This document shows, in pieces, positions 60,181-64,000 of a stretch of DNA of 64,000 nt. How positions within the stretch are numbered: the stretch's first letter is position 1; every line of letters starts with the position of its first letter. Both the position numbers and the translations under genes were made by a program. This DNA comes from Psammoneis japonica (taxonomy: Eukaryota): assembly GCA_008632985.1 (NCBI GenBank), contig QPGO01000011.1:1-64000 (forward strand), read 5' to 3'. The notes under the pieces were generated by a model that worked only from the letters and a program-made list of their open reading frames with translations, ran no database searches and was not told the origin of the DNA.

Positions 60181-60517
60181 TCTAATATTAGCACCACTCT
60201 ACCGCAAGTTGGTTCAGCGGTCGCTGCACCATCGCGAGTGCTACGAGCGTCCTCGTCGCTCATCGCGGCTCAGTCGATCGCGCAAGACACGGACGCGTTA
60301 ACGGTAGGGCCCTACGCGTCGGTGGTCCGCGCGCATGATGCAGATGGGCGAGATGACAGAATCGCAAATCTGAACTCTCTACTCTATCTTCTAAAGTAGC
60401 CAGAGTAGAGTACTGTAGAGTCTCTCTACTCTGGAGAGAGAAGGATAGAATTTTTAGCATCGTCTTGCCTTAGTTGATGAGAATTAGATGTAACTACCGC
60501 ACTAATACTTTCAACTG

Positions 60518-61502
60518 CTATGCTTCTGCGCATGTCTCCTGCTCGGATGTGCCGGAGAAATTAGCTTCGTCACAATTCGACACAAATACCACATCATCAG
60601 GAACATCATCTGTAGCTGCCTCGTCTGCTTGCGCCATTCTCTGTGCAAACATAGTCGCCGTTCTGTAAAAAGAAAATCGTTTGTGAGATTATATCGGAAG
60701 CAAACACACGGTAGTAACGCCAAAAGACAACTTGTGCGTACCTTGAACAATTTTGTGAAACTCTACAGAGATATTCTTCTTTGGAAGCGACATCGAGGCA
60801 GTTTATCTTTGCCAATCGTTTCTGAGCTCGTAAAACACTCGCTACTGTGTAGTGCCTATTCTCACGTAGCTGGTTCATCACGTCGGCGGCAACATATCGC
60901 TCCAAACCACGACGGCATCTGCCACGAGCACTCCATTGTTTCAGAAGAAGCATGTCTGGCTCTGAACTGCGTCTGTCCAAGCATTGTTCCTCTTGACTAT
61001 CTCCTGATAGTGAATCATCATCGGTGGTACTGATGCATCCCGGGACTTCGTCATCTGTCTCACGGCAACACTCGTCAAATACTCTTCTCATGACACGTGC
61101 GTAGGCATGCGGTCTCGGGTCACGCGCATCGTGCTTCTGCAAGTCTTTTGCTGCCAAGCGAGCATTGAGTCTAATCGACGACAGCTCTTGCCCTGAGTAG
61201 TAGAGTTGCCCCTTTTCTTCTGCAGTCATTTCCGAAATTGGCTTACCCTCCAAGACGCTGACATGTTCTGTCACCTCATCGTTTCGTTCATCGTTCTGGG
61301 AAAAGTGTACGCGAGGACGACGCTTTCTTTCAGATGCTGCTTGCTCGCATACACCACCATTGTCGCGTCTTCTGCCAGCATCCTCCTTCTCGTAAGTCGG
61401 TCTCTTTGAGGTACGCGCGGCATTGTCGAGAGACAAGTGCTCTATTTCGACCCCTCCTGCTTTGTCTTCTACGAATTCGTTTACCAGTATTATCATTTTC
61501 AT
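60518..61502 (-). CDS. Diatom-type hypothetical protein (RGLE family); intron at about 60741-60663
   Basis: RVHF...LYYS...RRGLE...VLRAQ; after the GTACGC..CAG intron it reads TATMFAQRMAQADEAA, matching the C-terminal motif of 57907-58566. Confidence 0.75.
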
Positions 61503-61793
61503 CGTGATGTCGAAGAAGGTATTGTCGCTTCTTGTGTTTGCGGATAATGGGAATGAGAATAGCGATGCTCACAATAAATGTTACTCAAGCTTTTTTTGAC
61601 GCATTCGCGTATTCTTGTTCTTTAGGTGTTTGGTCTTTTCGTCCTTGAATAAATGTTCCGCAACCTTTATTGACAACGTGTTCGCGTATTCTTGTTCTGT
61701 CCCGTCTTGAGTCTTGGGGTGACCAAACACGAATCAGATCGCGGATGTCACACGAGTCACGTGCGCGCGCGGCATATTGATGTGGTGAAGCAA

Positions 61794-61958
61794 ACCCGGA
61801 TGTCGCGCAAGACGTCGCGTAAAAGAACCCGGATGTCGCAAGGACGTCGCGTAAAAGATCCCGGATGTCGCAAGGACGTCGCGTCATAGAACCCGGATGT
61901 CGCAAGGACGTCGCGTCAAAGAACCCGGATGTCGCAAAGGCGTCGCGTCGAATCCCGG
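61794..61958 (+). repeat. CpG-rich 32-bp minisatellite, about 5 copies
   Basis: Unit acccggatgtcgcaaggacgtcgcgtaaaaga repeated with few substitutions. Confidence 0.95.
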
Positions 61959-62152
61959 AGACACGGGATTCTGAATTCCGTCATCACGCATTTCGTTTTC
62001 TCAGCAAGTCAGTAACAGGTAACAGCAGAAGACTAACGCCTTATGCATGCAGCCTTGCTCACTGAAGTACATCGCTATTCCCCACTATTCATCATTGAAT
62101 CTATCGTTTGCTTCTTCTTAAAGGTTATCGGGTTGGTGTCAGTAGTGAGAAA

Positions 62153-62620
62153 ATGGCGCCCCTTGCAATGATTCGCCACTTTCTGGTTGTCCCAGTGATA
62201 ATGATACATGTGTCGCTGCAGTCCAATGTAGTAGGGGCTCTTTCTTCGTTGTCTGAAGCTCGTAGCAAGTGCAAGTCCCAACATACCATTTCAAGACGAA
62301 GCGTGATAAAGACCAGCGCAGTGGCTACTCTTTTTAGCGCAACTTTGTGCGGTGCTGTCCCGGTTCAAGCATTGAAGGAGAAGAATGAAGCTCTTTGTGG
62401 AACTGGTTTTTTCACCAACATAGCCCAGTACAGATGCACAGACATTGGGAACATTTTGGATGAAGGCAAAACCTCCAGCTTGACGTCAGAAGAAACGAGC
62501 GCCACCGACTCTCTGCTGTCAAAATTCAATTTGAAGGGTGGAACGCCCAGCTCTGATGATGGCGAAAGCGTTCAACAAACAAATGAAGCGCCGGGAGATA
62601 AAGCAAGCAAGGAAACATGA
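62153..62620 (+). CDS. Probable plastid thylakoid-lumen protein (signal peptide, transit peptide and Tat motif)
   Basis: Hydrophobic signal, ISRRSV twin-Arg, hydrophobic stretch ending VQA; mature part begins LKEKNEALCGTGFF. Confidence 0.7.
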   Translation: MAPLAMIRHFLVVPVIMIHVSLQSNVVGALSSLSEARSKCKSQHTISRRSVIKTSAVATLFSATLCGAVPVQALKEKNEALCGTGFFTNIAQYRCTDIGNILDEGKTSSLTSEETSATDSLLSKFNLKGGTPSSDDGESVQQTNEAPGDKASKET

Positions 62621-62693
62621 GCTACACATGCATCACAGCATGATATCTTGACTCTCTCGTGTTCATCTTTTTAGACGCTACGCTACTGTACTC

Positions 62694-63440
62694 TCAATCT
62701 CCATCTTCTTGTTCAATGTTTCGGTTATTCAAACTGTTTCTGCCACGACTTCTCTGTCCAAAATCGATGTCTCCTGCAATGAATCTTTCTCGACACAAGG
62801 GGCACTCGCTGTGTTTTATTAACCAATTTTGGATGCATTCCTTATGAAACAAATGGTTGCATAAAGGACTACTGGAGTATCCGACAACGACGCCACTCTC
62901 AAATTCATTCAAGCAAATCGAGCAATCCAATTTACGAAGGGTGTTTTCGCTTGAAAGGGGCCCAATGGTTTTTTGTTTCGTAAACGATACCATGTCGAGT
63001 TCACGATCCTCTTTGCTGTCGTCAACGCTACTATGGCTAGCTTCAGAAAACTGAGCTTCGGCAAAAGTCTTAACAGCAAGATTCTTTTCAATGAACTTCA
63101 ACCTATTGGCTTCTCGTTCTTCTTTTGTTAATCCATCATTAGGCTCAGTTTCTTCGAAATTTTCAACACGGTATTCGATTCCTCTTCGCCTTGGCGCAAC
63201 AAGCTTCCTTCCGAGACATGCGCAAAAGACCGCGACAAAGGCAATACCAAAACCAGCAACAAAACAGGCTTGCCAAATAGCAAACGACGCTCCATCCTTG
63301 TCGAAATTATTGCTGGAGCCAAGTGTGGGGTCAACTTGGTTGTTTAGATTCGAAGCTGGTTCTCCCAAAGCTCGAACGTCTATTCGCAGTAGACGAACGG
63401 AACGATCATGCTCGCGACGGATCATAGCGGATCGCGGCAC
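62694..63440 (-). CDS. Transmembrane RING-H2 E3 ligase (ATL-like); 5' end unresolved, probably further upstream
   Basis: TM segment followed by CSIC...CNHLFHKEC..W...CPLC. Confidence 0.85.
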   Translation of the reverse strand: MPRSAMIRREHDRSVRLLRIDVRALGEPASNLNNQVDPTLGSSNNFDKDGASFAIWQACFVAGFGIAFVAVFCACLGRKLVAPRRRGIEYRVENFEETEPNDGLTKEEREANRLKFIEKNLAVKTFAEAQFSEASHSSVDDSKEDRELDMVSFTKQKTIGPLSSENTLRKLDCSICLNEFESGVVVGYSSSPLCNHLFHKECIQNWLIKHSECPLCRERFIAGDIDFGQRSRGRNSLNNRNIEQEDGD

Positions 63441-64000
63441 ACGCGCGTTTCTCTCCTAACCTCAATAGCGGGTTGCAGTCGGCAAAGATACGTTCGTTAG
63501 TCACCAACGTTCTTTTCGCGAAAAAGCTGTCTTTAACTAATAAGCATCTGCCATTTCATGCAACTACTCCTCGTCGGACCTCTGTCCAGTTCCTGATTCT
63601 GCTCAAGCAAAAATTCCGCAAATTTCAAAGCGTCTGTCTGCCTCAAAATTTCAAAAATCGATTTCGAAATGTCAATAGCATATTCAGCCTTTTTTCATCT
63701 CCTGCTGTGATGCAACTTTGATATCTTGGAACGGATGAGACCAGCATTACCTGAGCAGTAACTCTCTAGAGAGTAGGCGTTTCCGCGCTCAGCTGCTCCA
63801 TCCAATCAAATCCTTCGTGTTACTTTTTTTCTCTAGAGGAGCGACCGCAGCGAAATTGACCACGTCGGCAGCGCTGTAAGGCTTTTCACAGACCCTACAC
63901 AGCTTCTGTTTGGTATAACAGCGAGCAAAAATTCTGACTCGCACCATTATTTGTGGAGACCATGAAAACCGATTCGTAAAGTATAAGGCTATCTATTTCT

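Noticed and set aside
61794..61958. CRISPR-like array
   Set aside because: The units are contiguous with no unique spacers, there are no cas genes, and the context is eukaryotic.

Overview
Gene-dense eukaryotic nuclear DNA, most likely from a pennate diatom. This rests on short GT-AG introns of about 80-160 nt, bipartite plastid presequences, a DUF1800-DUF1501 fusion, and diatom-type SET and RGLE-motif families. About 25 protein genes are supportable: a DnaJ protein, HMG-CoA reductase, enoyl-CoA hydratase, YegS-like lipid kinase, Nsp1/Nup62, farnesyltransferase beta, a large secreted DUF1800/DUF1501 protein, VIT1/CCC1, four secretory double-SET paralogs, a CtpA-like protease, a SAM methyltransferase, two nucleotide-diphospho-sugar transferases, Sec14, gamma-carbonic anhydrase, DUF2061 and a RING-H2 protein. 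Several carry single-base frameshifts that look like long-read errors. Two signals stand out. (1) A tRNA-Trp(CCA) gene (4352-4509, minus strand) is interrupted in its variable loop by an 85-nt insert with spliceosomal boundaries (AG|GTACGT...CAG|GT). (2) Four gene-free blocks (about 10.6 kb, one a recognisable piggyBac-like relic) have almost no TpA. The few survivors are mostly in YTAR context, CpG is also decayed in the cores, and expected Tyr codons read Cys. This suggests an inverse-RIP, TpA->TpG/CpA hypermutation acting on transposon DNA. All counts were made by eye and need computational confirmation.
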